Shown here: positions 49,442 through 61,128 of the stretch, piece after piece
Layout: each line of letters opens with the position of its first letter
Numbering within the stretch: position 1 is the stretch's first letter
Source: Spirochaetota bacterium
Lineage (GTDB): Bacteria > Spirochaetota > Spirochaetia > SZUA-6
Assembly: GCA_013151965.1 (NCBI GenBank)
Contig: JAADHF010000132.1
Span: forward strand, 10,412-74,411
Reading direction: 5' to 3'
Length of the DNA: 64,000 nucleotides
Translations under genes and position numbers: made by a program
Notes under the pieces: generated by a model
What the model saw: the letters and a program-made list of their open reading frames with translations, nothing else
Databases searched by the model: none
What the model was told of the DNA's origin: nothing

Positions 49442-50521
49442 ATGGCGGATACTTTGTTTGTAGCTATGAGCGGCGGTATCGATTCTACCGTTACATCTAT
49501 TCTTCTCCGGGACAGCTGGGAAAAGATGGCCGGTGCAACCCATTATATCTGGCCGGATTCACGCTGCTGCTCCCTGGATGTAAGGAGCCGGGCCGAATCC
49601 GTATGCAGGTCTTTAGGGATTCCCTACTATGTCGTGGATCTGGAGAAGGAGTTCAGAAAAGAGGTTGTTGACAATTTTATTACGACTTACCTTGAAGGCA
49701 GAACACCCAATCCGTGTATCATGTGCAACAGAAAGATCCGGTTTGATTATTTTTACAGCGGAATGGAAACCTTGCTGCGAAGAGAAGGTTTGCTTGGCAG
49801 CGGTGATACTCTGCACATGGCGACCGGGCACTATGTAAGGCTGGAACGGAAAAAGGGTACCCTTTTCTTAAAAAAAGGAAAAGATCCGGTAAAGGATCAG
49901 AGTTATATGCTCTACAGGATTCCTGCGCCTCTTCTTGATAAGCTGATTTTCCCTCTCGGCGGTTACCTTAAATCAGAGGTATATCGAATTGCAGCGGAAC
50001 ACGGCGTGCATGATGAGACTCTTAAGGAAAGCCAGGATGCCTGTTTTGTAGAGGATGATTACGGCGAATTTATAGAACGTGCAACAGGAAAATCCGGTTT
50101 ATTTAAGCAGGGCCCGATTAAAGATACAAAGGGCAATATCCTGGGAAAACACCGGGGGTATATCTACTATACTATAGGCCAGAGGAAAGGTCTGGGGCTT
50201 GGAAGCGGCCCGTGGTATGTTTCAGGGATCGATGCCGAAACGAACACCGTATATGTGGGCAGAAGGGAAGAGGCGGAGAGCAGGGTATTTACTGCCGGCG
50301 GACTTAACTGGTTTGGGAAACAGGCTGCTTCGAAAATATACTGTACCGTTAAGGTGCGGTATCAGTCATCGGAAATAAACTGCACGGTTATGCCGGAAAC
50401 AGAAGATATCGTAAAGGTTGTACTCGAAGAACCTGAATTTATTACACCCGGTCAGTCTGCGGTTTTTTACAGTGATCAACTTGTAATAGGAGGCGGATTT
50501 ATACTCTCCGTTACAAGATAA
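49442..50521 (+). CDS. mnmA: tRNA-specific 2-thiouridylase MnmA
   Basis: The PP-loop is SGGIDSTV. 359 aa with an MnmA C-terminal barrel. Confidence 0.9.
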   Translation: MADTLFVAMSGGIDSTVTSILLRDSWEKMAGATHYIWPDSRCCSLDVRSRAESVCRSLGIPYYVVDLEKEFRKEVVDNFITTYLEGRTPNPCIMCNRKIRFDYFYSGMETLLRREGLLGSGDTLHMATGHYVRLERKKGTLFLKKGKDPVKDQSYMLYRIPAPLLDKLIFPLGGYLKSEVYRIAAEHGVHDETLKESQDACFVEDDYGEFIERATGKSGLFKQGPIKDTKGNILGKHRGYIYYTIGQRKGLGLGSGPWYVSGIDAETNTVYVGRREEAESRVFTAGGLNWFGKQAASKIYCTVKVRYQSSEINCTVMPETEDIVKVVLEEPEFITPGQSAVFYSDQLVIGGGFILSVTR

Positions 50522-51261
50522 AGCGTCTTTTTGCCGTGAATCCAGGAGACAGGCAGTAAAGAATCACGGTTCAGTAATCTTAAAAATGCATCGTGTTTGG
50601 CTTCGCCGTGAATCATAAATATAACAAGTTCCGCTGTATTTAGAAAATGAGCTGTCATCGACAGTCTCCACATATCATATTTTTTCCTGTAAACGGCAGC
50701 TGCGTTCCTTTTTATACCGGGATTAACCCTCTGGTGAAGGGGCTGTACGGGTTTTTCGTGTTTTGTGTGTTTTGCGGAATCCGGGACAACAAACTCACCG
50801 TCCGGAAAGAGCGATGCCGTGTGTCCGTCGGCTCCTATTCCCAGTAAAACTACATCGGGATGTACGTTTCTCTCCGAAAACCGCTTTCTTAACATTGTAT
50901 CGTATTGTTCGGCTGCTTCTACCGGGTTATCCGCTTCCGTATTCCATCCGAAAAAATTTACCTTCCCGGAATCTATTTCAGAAAATAGTAAATCACGTAT
51001 CATTTTTTCATTACTCTCCGGATGGCCGGAGGGAACCCATCGTTCATCACCCGGATACCAGTATGTGTTTTTAAGATTTAAACCGCCGGCCGTGTTTATC
51101 AGAGTTGAGAGCTTTGTATAACATTTTTCCGGGGTTCTTCCGCCTGCAAGTATGATATTTGCTTCGCCTGTCTTTACTTTTGTTTTGATCTTTGTAAACA
51201 CTACATTGGCGGTATATGTTGTTAAACCTGATAAGTCTTTGAATCTTTTAATGTTGGACAT
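50476..51261 (-). CDS. pgl: 6-phosphogluconolactonase (NagB/Pgl family)
   Basis: LAGGRTP, GDERWVP and LLGIGADGHTASLFP motifs. Confidence 0.7.
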   Translation of the reverse strand: MSNIKRFKDLSGLTTYTANVVFTKIKTKVKTGEANIILAGGRTPEKCYTKLSTLINTAGGLNLKNTYWYPGDERWVPSGHPESNEKMIRDLLFSEIDSGKVNFFGWNTEADNPVEAAEQYDTMLRKRFSERNVHPDVVLLGIGADGHTASLFPDGEFVVPDSAKHTKHEKPVQPLHQRVNPGIKRNAAAVYRKKYDMWRLSMTAHFLNTAELVIFMIHGEAKHDAFLRLLNRDSLLPVSWIHGKKTLYLVTESINPPPITS

Positions 51262-51367
51262 TTTTTCTCACCTTTACTAATATGAGTGTTATTATGGTGC
51301 GGGTCAAGAAGCAGACAGAAGATATAATAGAACTACCGGAACTGCATTATAGATACAACGGGGATAA

Positions 51368-52168
51368 ATGAGCTTAAAGAACAGAAATTTTAAGAATCCT
51401 TTTAATAAGGCTCCTCTTTACTATTTAAAGGAAACGGAATCCACGATGCAGGATGCCCTTGAATTGATTGCCGGGTTTCAAAAGGGGGACGGGCCTTCCG
51501 TACTGCATGGTGCAGTTGTTATGGCCGGCTATCAGAGAAAAGGAAGGGGCCGGATAGCCGGACGAAGATGGTATGCCGCTCATGGTAAAAATTTGCTTTT
51601 TACCCTGGTTCTTCAGAAAGAGATTATAGAATTTCCCTATCTGCGGCTGCCTCTGATTACGGGAATTATTATCGCGGAAGTGCTGGAAAAAAAATATGCT
51701 CTTTCGGCTGCAATAAAGTGGCCTAATGATCTTCTGTATAATAACAGGAAATTAGCCGGCATTCTTTGTGAAACACATGAAAGACACATTCTGGTCGGAG
51801 TAGGTGTAAACTGCAATGAAGAGTTTAACTGCAGAAATTATAAAGATACCGAAAAAAAAGGGTTTTTCCCCGTATCACTTAAAGATATACTGCATAGGGA
51901 AATTAATCCTTTTAATCTGCTTGCTGATATCCTGTACGAATTTAAAATATACTTAAGAAGGCACGGCAGCGGAGATACAGCCTGGAATGATCAGCTTAAA
52001 AAGAGGCTTGCGGGAATAAACAGGAAAGTCAGAGTCCGCATGGGTACCGGAGAAACAGGCTGTATCGAGGCGGTTATTACCGGGATCGATGCGGAGGGGG
52101 TATTGATTCTCCGAGACATGGAGGGCGGAACGGTAAAACTTGTATCCGGAGAGATCGAGCTTATATAA
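51368..52168 (+). CDS. birA: Biotin--[acetyl-CoA-carboxylase] ligase (group I, no HTH)
   Basis: QRKGRGRIAGRRW is the biotin-binding loop signature. 266 aa. Confidence 0.8.
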   Translation: MSLKNRNFKNPFNKAPLYYLKETESTMQDALELIAGFQKGDGPSVLHGAVVMAGYQRKGRGRIAGRRWYAAHGKNLLFTLVLQKEIIEFPYLRLPLITGIIIAEVLEKKYALSAAIKWPNDLLYNNRKLAGILCETHERHILVGVGVNCNEEFNCRNYKDTEKKGFFPVSLKDILHREINPFNLLADILYEFKIYLRRHGSGDTAWNDQLKKRLAGINRKVRVRMGTGETGCIEAVITGIDAEGVLILRDMEGGTVKLVSGEIELI

Positions 52169-52173
52169 GCGGT

Positions 52174-52830
52174 TTATTTAAAATTAATAATTTCCCAGCC
52201 TCTTTCATTTGCAATTCTTCGAAGCCTGGAATCAGGATTTACCGCCACAGGATTACCTACGGATTCTAAGAGAGGAAGGTCGTGAATGCTGTCCGAATAG
52301 AAAGAACAGTCTGCGGAAGAATAACCCTTCTCTTTGATAAATTGTAATACCTTCTCTTTTTTACTCTCTCCGAAAATAGGAGCTTCTGTAAATACGCCTG
52401 TACATATACCGTCTTTAAACTCTAAGTTGTTTGCAATAATGTTTTCTACAAACAGGTATTCCGCAAGAGGTTTTACGATTACATTCAGCGATGAAGTTGC
52501 AAAAACGATTTCCCGGCCTTTTTGTTTAAGGCGTTCGATAAGAACCCTGGCTTCCGGATAGATGTCGTTCTTAAGCTTTTTTTCGAAGCTTTCTCTGGAT
52601 AAATTTTCCAGGGTATTCTCCCTGATACCGTTCAGCTGGGGAAAACCCTGTTCCATAAATGCGATATTGATATTACCGTATCTGTAATAAATATAGTAAA
52701 AAGGTATGGAAAACAGATACCGGGCAGGGAAAATTCTTTTTTTTATACCCATCAATATAAAATGTCTGCCGGATGAGCGTTGTGTAAGTGTATGGTCAAC
52801 ATCAAAAAAATCTATACCTGTCGATTTCAT
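52174..52830 (-). CDS. HAD-superfamily hydrolase (HAD-IB/PSP-like)
   Basis: The N-terminal motif I is FFDVDHTLT (DxDxT). Confidence 0.7.
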   Translation of the reverse strand: MKSTGIDFFDVDHTLTQRSSGRHFILMGIKKRIFPARYLFSIPFYYIYYRYGNINIAFMEQGFPQLNGIRENTLENLSRESFEKKLKNDIYPEARVLIERLKQKGREIVFATSSLNVIVKPLAEYLFVENIIANNLEFKDGICTGVFTEAPIFGESKKEKVLQFIKEKGYSSADCSFYSDSIHDLPLLESVGNPVAVNPDSRLRRIANERGWEIINFK

Positions 52831-53020
52831 CAGGTTAGTAGATTACTTTGAAATACATGAGTTAGTCAAATAGATTGCATAGGAAATATTTATTATAATA
52901 GAAGGAAAATTACTGTTTTAAAGCATACGGAAAAAAATTCAAATTTTTTGTTGATGATTTGGAAAAGTATTTGTATCTTTTCATAAAGCGTTATTACGTT
53001 TATTCCATTCTATTATATAA

Positions 53021-54682
<1,662 letters not shown>

Positions 54683-54707
54683 TAGAATCTTTTAAAGTGA
54701 TATACGG

Positions 54708-54741
54708 GGAGGTCCTTCCTTAAGAAGGATCTCCTCTTTTT
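54708..54741 (+). terminator. Rho-independent terminator after groEL
   Basis: An 11-bp stem (GGAGGTCCTTC / GAAGGATCTCC) with loop CTTAA is followed by TCTTTTT. Confidence 0.6.
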
Positions 54742-54762
54742 AATTAAGGATTAAGTTAACTG

Positions 54763-55401
54763 TTAGTAGAGGGTCTCCAGGAATCGTGGAAATTCATGTA
54801 CAATACCGATAAAATCTCCGAAACTGCTCAGATCAGCAATATTTTCGAAGTCTTTTAAGGTTTCTAACGGCTGTCCTCCTGTTTCTCTGTAAATGGAGCG
54901 AAGTTTTATAAAATAAGGCTCGAGATACTGATTTATCCCGCACCATCTGATGAAAGATTTACGGAGAACAGAAGTACCGTACTTTAGAATATGAAGAAAG
55001 AATATCGTACTTAATGCTGTTTCTGTTTCGGACGGACAGCCGGAGATTCTGTCCGGCGGCAGAGATAATCTATCCGCCCACTGCCGTATAATGCCGCTTC
55101 GTCCCTGAAAGCAGCATAGCAGATATAGAAATATTTCCGGAGGAAGTACAATATTATCAGCATTAAAGTAATTACCCATATTGTCCGTTACAGCCGGCCT
55201 GTCAAATGCACCGTGGCCTGAAATAAGTATGGTGTTAATATTTCCATAAGGCAGTAAATCCACAGTTCCGCCTTTCCACCGGAGCCAGTATGAGCTTTTG
55301 TTTTCCGTTATCTTTTTTAGAATATTTGAAATTCCTTTAAACTGCCGGTCGCTGTCGGAATAGCATGTAATAAAAAGTACTTTAAGGTCATTCGGGGTCA
55401 T
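54763..55401 (-). CDS. Hypothetical protein with caspase/CHAT-like His-Cys dyad pattern, translationally coupled to upstream TM-PilZ gene
   Basis: Beta-strand-like LKVLFITCYSD, then ILISGHG (His-Gly), then about 35 aa later IFLYLLCCFQGRSG (hydrophobic strand + Cys + small residues). The ATGA overlaps the stop of 55398..56414. Confidence 0.3.
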   Translation of the reverse strand: MTPNDLKVLFITCYSDSDRQFKGISNILKKITENKSSYWLRWKGGTVDLLPYGNINTILISGHGAFDRPAVTDNMGNYFNADNIVLPPEIFLYLLCCFQGRSGIIRQWADRLSLPPDRISGCPSETETALSTIFFLHILKYGTSVLRKSFIRWCGINQYLEPYFIKLRSIYRETGGQPLETLKDFENIADLSSFGDFIGIVHEFPRFLETLY

Positions 55402-56414
55402 CTTTTTGCAGACGACGAATAGGACAGAATAAATCCTATTATTCTGTCCCTGAAAGATTCACGGATGGTATCAAAGCTTATATGAATTACATCATTATCA
55501 TTCGAAGTCCTTATAACTTCGCCTATAAGGCTGATCCTCTCTTCCCCGGATATATAGAAAATCAATTCTATATGATCACCGGTTCTAAACCTCTTTTCCG
55601 GATTAACAATACTTGCGCCGCCGCCGCCGAGATCGATAAAATTAGATTTTACAGCCTTTTCACTGGAACCTGCAACTCTGATAAGCAGAGGATTCGATAT
55701 GTTTTTTCTGTAGAATTTTCTCTTCTGCGTCATTTTCATTTTTTCGGAATGTGCAATAGATATAGTTCTGCCGTTTATTTTCTGAACAAAGGATTTAAAG
55801 CTGAAAACGCCGTTTTTTCTCTGGAACAGAACGGTTATGATACTGCCGGAAGCAGGAGGGATTTTACCTTCGCCTATTTCAACAATAAGAGACTGCGCCG
55901 TTATTTTTAAAAGAATTCCCTTAAATCTCCTTACCTTTCCCTGGAGTATATAGAGCTTGAGATGTTCGGGAAGTTCTGCTGTGGAATGAATACTGCTTTC
56001 CTGGTCTTTCAGTGTAAAACCCAATTTTAAACGAAGTGATGAAATAGAGCTTTGAGGTACTGCTTCATCATCGTTAAGCAGTTTGGCGGCGCATAAATTA
56101 AATGCAGCCTGGTTTATAAACAGATGGTGTTTTTCGATGTCCGCATTGTGCAGATAACGGGTCAGTTTTTCGATTAAATCTATTTCCGAAGGATTAAGCT
56201 GGAATTTACCGACGAATTTATCGTACTGCTCCTGAGAATATTGAATTTTTGAGTTAAGTGCTTTTTTTTTCTGATAGTTGTAAACATACATTAGAAGGGC
56301 GATAAAACTTGCCAGAAACAGAATAAGTAAAAAAAATTCAAAAGGACTTATCGTGAGTCCGCTTGCTATGCTTCCCAGGAATGATGACAGTTTATTCTGA
56401 TCCAGGATCCACAT
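55398..56414 (-). CDS. Membrane-anchored YcgR-like PilZ-domain protein (paralog of 11419..12540)
   Basis: N-terminal TM helix (FEFFLLILFLASFIALLMYVY). The middle region is homologous to the other TM-PilZ protein (LNPSEIDLIEKL vs LQKSHIEILEHL). The C-terminal motifs are RKFYR...IDLGGGGASI. Confidence 0.55.
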   Translation of the reverse strand: MWILDQNKLSSFLGSIASGLTISPFEFFLLILFLASFIALLMYVYNYQKKKALNSKIQYSQEQYDKFVGKFQLNPSEIDLIEKLTRYLHNADIEKHHLFINQAAFNLCAAKLLNDDEAVPQSSISSLRLKLGFTLKDQESSIHSTAELPEHLKLYILQGKVRRFKGILLKITAQSLIVEIGEGKIPPASGSIITVLFQRKNGVFSFKSFVQKINGRTISIAHSEKMKMTQKRKFYRKNISNPLLIRVAGSSEKAVKSNFIDLGGGGASIVNPEKRFRTGDHIELIFYISGEERISLIGEVIRTSNDNDVIHISFDTIRESFRDRIIGFILSYSSSAKR

Positions 56415-56497
56415 TGCATTCTCCTATTGAATTTCATCAGAGAGATGTTTAATATATAGGATATACGAGTTGTCAATCACATTCAAGGAGCAAAATA

Positions 56498-56794
56498 TTG
56501 ATCAGCAGAGAGGATTTTACTTTTACAATCGGGTACCGCGGAAATACTGCAATAGTGAATGGGTTATTAAAAAGAAAATATTCAAAATTATCCGCAAATG
56601 AACTTGCGGAAAGAGGTATGTTTAAATCTGCTATTTGTTATGCGCTCTATACATCCGGCGAAGAAGAATTTCGGAATATTCTTGCGTTTTACAATGAACA
56701 AACAGAGTATAAAGCCGATTCGGTGGAAGACCTTAAAAGAATATTCGGTGTAACAAGGGTGCCCGAGGAGGTGTCCAGGGTAATCAGCCTCTGA
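56498..56794 (+). CDS. Hypothetical small protein
   Basis: 98-aa ORF with no motif. Confidence 0.3.
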   Translation: MISREDFTFTIGYRGNTAIVNGLLKRKYSKLSANELAERGMFKSAICYALYTSGEEEFRNILAFYNEQTEYKADSVEDLKRIFGVTRVPEEVSRVISL

Positions 56795-56882
56795 TTACTC
56801 CTGCATCATGCACGCCCTCTCTTGACGAGATTGAAAAAAGTATGTTAATTTACCAGAAATCTTTAAATAAAAAGGAATTGCT

Positions 56883-57230
56883 ATGTTAAAAACTTATTTG
56901 GCTAATTTACCGCTGCTTCAGGCTGCGGGAGGCAGTGCAGGCGGACAGATGGTCACCATGCTGGTTACATTCGGTTTAATTATTCTTATCTTTTATTTCC
57001 TCGTAATACGTCCCCAGAATAAGAAACAGAAAGAGACAAAGGCAATGCTTACCGCCCTTAAGAAAGGCGACAGGGTAAGCACCGCAGGGGGTGTCAGGGG
57101 AACAGTTACCGCTGTAAAGGAACAGACTGTTACTTTAAAAGTAGATACCGATACAAAGATAGAGTTTAATAAAAGTGCTATCTCCAATGTTCTGGAGAGG
57201 AAAGAAAGCGTACCGGAAAAAAAAGAATAA
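56883..57230 (+). CDS. yajC: Preprotein translocase subunit YajC
   Basis: A TM segment followed by IRPQNKKQKE...LKKGDRV.T.GG. It lies upstream of secD. Confidence 0.8.
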   Translation: MLKTYLANLPLLQAAGGSAGGQMVTMLVTFGLIILIFYFLVIRPQNKKQKETKAMLTALKKGDRVSTAGGVRGTVTAVKEQTVTLKVDTDTKIEFNKSAISNVLERKESVPEKKE

Positions 57231-57301
57231 GGTAGTAACAATAATCCCTTTACAGACTGCCTGACACATTTTCATATTTAGAAATTCTAAGTGGAGTTAA
57301 A

Positions 57302-59026
57302 TTGATGAGTAAACGATGGAGATTTGTTCTTATACTTGTTCTATTAGCTGTTGCCTACTGGTTCCTCTATCCCACTGTAAAGTGGTATGTCTGGATTCCG
57401 GAAGAAAAAAAACAGATTGCAACAGGCTCGGCGGAACAGGTAAAATTATATTCAAGGCGGGAGGCTGATAAGATATTAAAAGATCTGTTGGCCATGGACC
57501 TGAATGATCCTTTTCCTTCGAAGTACTATTTTCTAACGGACAAGGCGAAGGAAAGGTATAAAATAGAGAAAAAACGCGTGCCGAAGGTGTGGAAGGTAAA
57601 AGAAGTATTAAGCAGTTATCCCAGTAAAGCGGCTATTTATGATGAAATAGAGAATCACTACCGCAAGGAAGTTGCCGATCTAAAAGAGCTCAGGGACAGG
57701 ACACTGCAGCTTGGACTCGATCTAAAAGGCGGTATGTATGTTGTTATAGAAGCCGATATCGCCGAACTGGAAAAGGAACAGGGAAAACCGATGACTGCCG
57801 CTGAAAAGGAAGATGTAATTAAGCGGGCTCTGGAAATACTTAATAACCGTATAGATCAGTTCGGTGTTACTGAGCCTCAGATCAGGAGACAGGGAACCAA
57901 TAGAATTATTGTCGAACTTCCGGGAGCTGCCGACAGAGAGAGGATGAACAAATTTATTTTGGGCAAAGGCAAACTGGATTTTCATATTGTCGATGATGAC
58001 GGTTTAAAGGCATTCAAAGAGTACCATGCACAGCATCCCAATGATTTTTTAGATGCTGATGGAAAATTAAAAGATCCCAACATCCTTCCAAAAGGAACGG
58101 AACTTTTAAAGGTTGTTCAGAAGGATGAGTATGGTATTCTGCAGACAAAGGGCTATACGGTTGTTAAAACTGAATCGGGTCTTGCCGGGACATATATAAG
58201 AGATGCAAGGGTAAGCAGGGATTCCTTATCGAATCAGCCGGTTGTTAATTTTTTCCTTACCAGTGAAGGAGGCGATATTTTTTATAAGTTGACAAGTGCG
58301 AATGTAAATAAAATGCTCGCTGTAGTCCTGGATAATAAGGTGCGTGCCCAGGCAAGAATTAGCCAACCAATAAGGGACGCAGTGCGGGTAACCGGTTTCG
58401 GGGCCTCCGAAGCCAAAGATCTGGCGCTGGTACTCCGGACAGGAGCGCTTCCGGTTCCGCTTGTTATTATCAACTCTACGGCAATCGGGGCTTCCCTGGG
58501 TGAAGATGCTATCCGTCAGGGAATAAAAGCGATTATACTCGGATTTATACTGGTTATCCTGTTTATGGCTATTTACTATCTCGGATCGGGTCTTATTGCC
58601 GATTTTGCCCTTGTACTGAACCTGTACTTTATGGTATCGATACTTTCCGTGTTTAACTTCACACTAACATTGACAAGTATTGCCGGTGTTATATTAACGG
58701 TAGGTATGGCTGTCGACGCAAATGTAATTATATTCGAAAGGATAAAAGAAGAGTACAGGATCGGTAAACAGAGAGCGGCCGCAGTAAAGGCCGGCTTTGC
58801 CAAGGCTTTCTGGACGATCATGGATGCCAATATCACGACATTTATAGCTGCTTTAGCCCTCTCGCAACTTGGGAAAGGCCCGATACAGGGTTTTGCCGTC
58901 ACACTGGCTATCGGTATCATTTCGTCGATGTTTACGGCTCTTTTTGTGTCACGGCTGATATTTGATTTTACTACCGATACGCTGAAAAGGAAAAAACTCA
59001 GCATCAGTTGGAGGGCATTAAGATGA
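57302..59026 (+). CDS. secD: Protein translocase subunit SecD
   Basis: 574 aa. The periplasmic P1 domain and C-terminal 6-TM block are present (LTLAIGIISSMFTALFVSRLIFD). Confidence 0.9.
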   Translation: MMSKRWRFVLILVLLAVAYWFLYPTVKWYVWIPEEKKQIATGSAEQVKLYSRREADKILKDLLAMDLNDPFPSKYYFLTDKAKERYKIEKKRVPKVWKVKEVLSSYPSKAAIYDEIENHYRKEVADLKELRDRTLQLGLDLKGGMYVVIEADIAELEKEQGKPMTAAEKEDVIKRALEILNNRIDQFGVTEPQIRRQGTNRIIVELPGAADRERMNKFILGKGKLDFHIVDDDGLKAFKEYHAQHPNDFLDADGKLKDPNILPKGTELLKVVQKDEYGILQTKGYTVVKTESGLAGTYIRDARVSRDSLSNQPVVNFFLTSEGGDIFYKLTSANVNKMLAVVLDNKVRAQARISQPIRDAVRVTGFGASEAKDLALVLRTGALPVPLVIINSTAIGASLGEDAIRQGIKAIILGFILVILFMAIYYLGSGLIADFALVLNLYFMVSILSVFNFTLTLTSIAGVILTVGMAVDANVIIFERIKEEYRIGKQRAAAVKAGFAKAFWTIMDANITTFIAALALSQLGKGPIQGFAVTLAIGIISSMFTALFVSRLIFDFTTDTLKRKKLSISWRALR

Positions 59027-60465
59027 AGAGAATTATCAGGTTTACAAGATATCGGTTCATAATGATCACCATATCTCTTATAGTTATTATTTCGGGTTAT
59101 ACGGGATTAATTATACGCGGCGGTTTTAACCTCGGCATAGATTTTAAGGGCGGTTTAACGGAACAGATTCAGATTGCTCCTGTTGCGTTTACCATATCGT
59201 ATACCGGAAAAGGCAAGGCAGAGGTTATTATTGCAAAGGGAGAAACAATCGGCCAGGGGACCGGCAGGCTTGAGTGTACAATTACGGAAAACGGCAAAAC
59301 CAATACGTACAGTTTTCCGTTTGCTAAATATGCCACACTTAAAAGCCTTGCGGATGCGGCAGGGAAACTGAAGGGGATTAAAATCGATTTAAAAGCGCCC
59401 CCTGATTTCCCTTCGTCGGTATTGATCTCACTTGATCATAATATCGATATAACCGGTAAAGAAATAGCCATAAACAGAATTCTGCGTAAGAATGAAAACA
59501 CTTTTGTTGATATAGAAGAACTCCGTACTGTTCTGGCCTCTCTTGGGAGGTACAGCCTTCAGCTTGTTAAAAGTCCGATAAATCAGGAATTCATTATTCG
59601 TGTCGAGGCAAATGATAATGATAAGAAGTTTCGCCAGAAAACAGAGAAAAAGATATTCGATGTTCTGAGCGCAAAGTTCGGAGGCGGCCGGGTCATTGTT
59701 AAAAAGACGGATTTTGTCGGTCCGAGGTTTTCACGTGATCTGGCGAAACAAACCATTTCTCTTACTATTGTCGCACTTGTCCTTATTCTGATATATATAA
59801 GCTTCAGGTTTAAACTTATATATGCCGTAGCGGCAATTCTCGCCCTTGTGCACGATGTTTCCGTCATGCTCGGGGTTATCGGAACATTCCATCTCGAGGT
59901 TACTACGGCAACAATTGCTGCGGTACTGACAATTATAGGATACTCGCTTAATGATACGATAGTTATATTTGACAGAATCCGTGAAAATGTAGGCTTAATC
60001 AGGGATGAAAGTCTGTCAACGATAATCGATACAAGTGTAAGCCAGTCACTGAGCAGAACGCTGATAACTTCTTTAACAACACTAGTTGCGGTTCTTGCCA
60101 TTTACGTCTTCGGAACCGGTTCCATAAAGCTTTTTGCTTTTAACCTGATAGTCGGTATCGTTGTCGGCACATACTCTTCCATATTTATCGCTTCACCGAT
60201 TGTACTCGGCTGGCATAATATGGTGGATAGACGCAGGAAGAGAAGTGATGCGATAAAGTACGGGGTAAAGGCAAATATTGTCCCCGTGTCGCGTATTAAA
60301 AGCAGTACTTCGCAGCTTAAGGAAGAAAGAGCAGGGAAACCTCTTTCCGTTAAAGGAGTTGAAAAAGGCGGGGAAGCTGAGGGAAAGCAGGAAAATGTGG
60401 CTCAAATGCCTGTCCTTACCGAGCGTAAACTGAGAAGGAAAAAGAAAAAGAAAAAGAAGAAATAA
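59008..60465 (+). CDS. secF: Protein translocase subunit SecF with enlarged periplasmic domain and Lys-rich C-terminal tail
   Basis: SecF TM core (GIDFKGG...; LNDTIVIFDRIREN). It overlaps secD by 19 nt and ends in RKKKKKKKK, encoded by an (AAGAAA)n-like repeat. Confidence 0.85.
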   Translation: MEGIKMKRIIRFTRYRFIMITISLIVIISGYTGLIIRGGFNLGIDFKGGLTEQIQIAPVAFTISYTGKGKAEVIIAKGETIGQGTGRLECTITENGKTNTYSFPFAKYATLKSLADAAGKLKGIKIDLKAPPDFPSSVLISLDHNIDITGKEIAINRILRKNENTFVDIEELRTVLASLGRYSLQLVKSPINQEFIIRVEANDNDKKFRQKTEKKIFDVLSAKFGGGRVIVKKTDFVGPRFSRDLAKQTISLTIVALVLILIYISFRFKLIYAVAAILALVHDVSVMLGVIGTFHLEVTTATIAAVLTIIGYSLNDTIVIFDRIRENVGLIRDESLSTIIDTSVSQSLSRTLITSLTTLVAVLAIYVFGTGSIKLFAFNLIVGIVVGTYSSIFIASPIVLGWHNMVDRRRKRSDAIKYGVKANIVPVSRIKSSTSQLKEERAGKPLSVKGVEKGGEAEGKQENVAQMPVLTERKLRRKKKKKKKK

Positions 60466-60471
60466 GAAATT

Positions 60472-61128
60472 ATGCGTCTGTTATGCTTTTCGGATATTCA
60501 CGGCAGAACCGATGGAATTGCAGGTATTCTTAAAAGTACCGGAAATATTGATATTGTGGTGCTGTCAGGGGATATAACTCAGAAGGGGAACTACAATACT
60601 GCAGAGAGTATAATGTCTGTTTTTGTAAATTCCGGTCTAAGGGTTCTTGCCGTCCCCGGTAATATGGATACCGGAGAAGTAGTCCGGTTTTTGGAAGATA
60701 AGAGAATAAACCTGCATGAAAAGAACAGTATTATCGATAATATTGGTTTTATCGGTCTCGGGGGCAGCGTAAAAACACCCATGAATACGCCGCTGGAAAT
60801 ATCGGAAACCGAGATGGAACAGGCCCTTAAGAGATCGTATGGTGATGTTAAAGAAACCGAAGTTAAAGTACTTATAACACATACGCCGCCGAAGAGGAGT
60901 TCACTGGACAGAGTTTTTGCCGGCATTCATGCCGGATCCGAGGCAGTGAGGAATTTTATCGAAAATAATAAAATTGATCTCTGTATATGCGGACACATAC
61001 ATGAATCCGGAGGAGAAGAGGTTATAAACGGGTGTATGTGTGTTAATACCGGTGCATACAAAAACGGTAATTATTGTATAGCTGATATCGGCTTAAAGGG
61101 AATAAAAATTGAACGGAGGAAGGTATGA
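60472..61128 (+). CDS. Calcineurin-like metallophosphoesterase
   Basis: Motif I is FSDIHG, followed by GDITQKG and GNMD. Confidence 0.75.
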   Translation: MRLLCFSDIHGRTDGIAGILKSTGNIDIVVLSGDITQKGNYNTAESIMSVFVNSGLRVLAVPGNMDTGEVVRFLEDKRINLHEKNSIIDNIGFIGLGGSVKTPMNTPLEISETEMEQALKRSYGDVKETEVKVLITHTPPKRSSLDRVFAGIHAGSEAVRNFIENNKIDLCICGHIHESGGEEVINGCMCVNTGAYKNGNYCIADIGLKGIKIERRKV

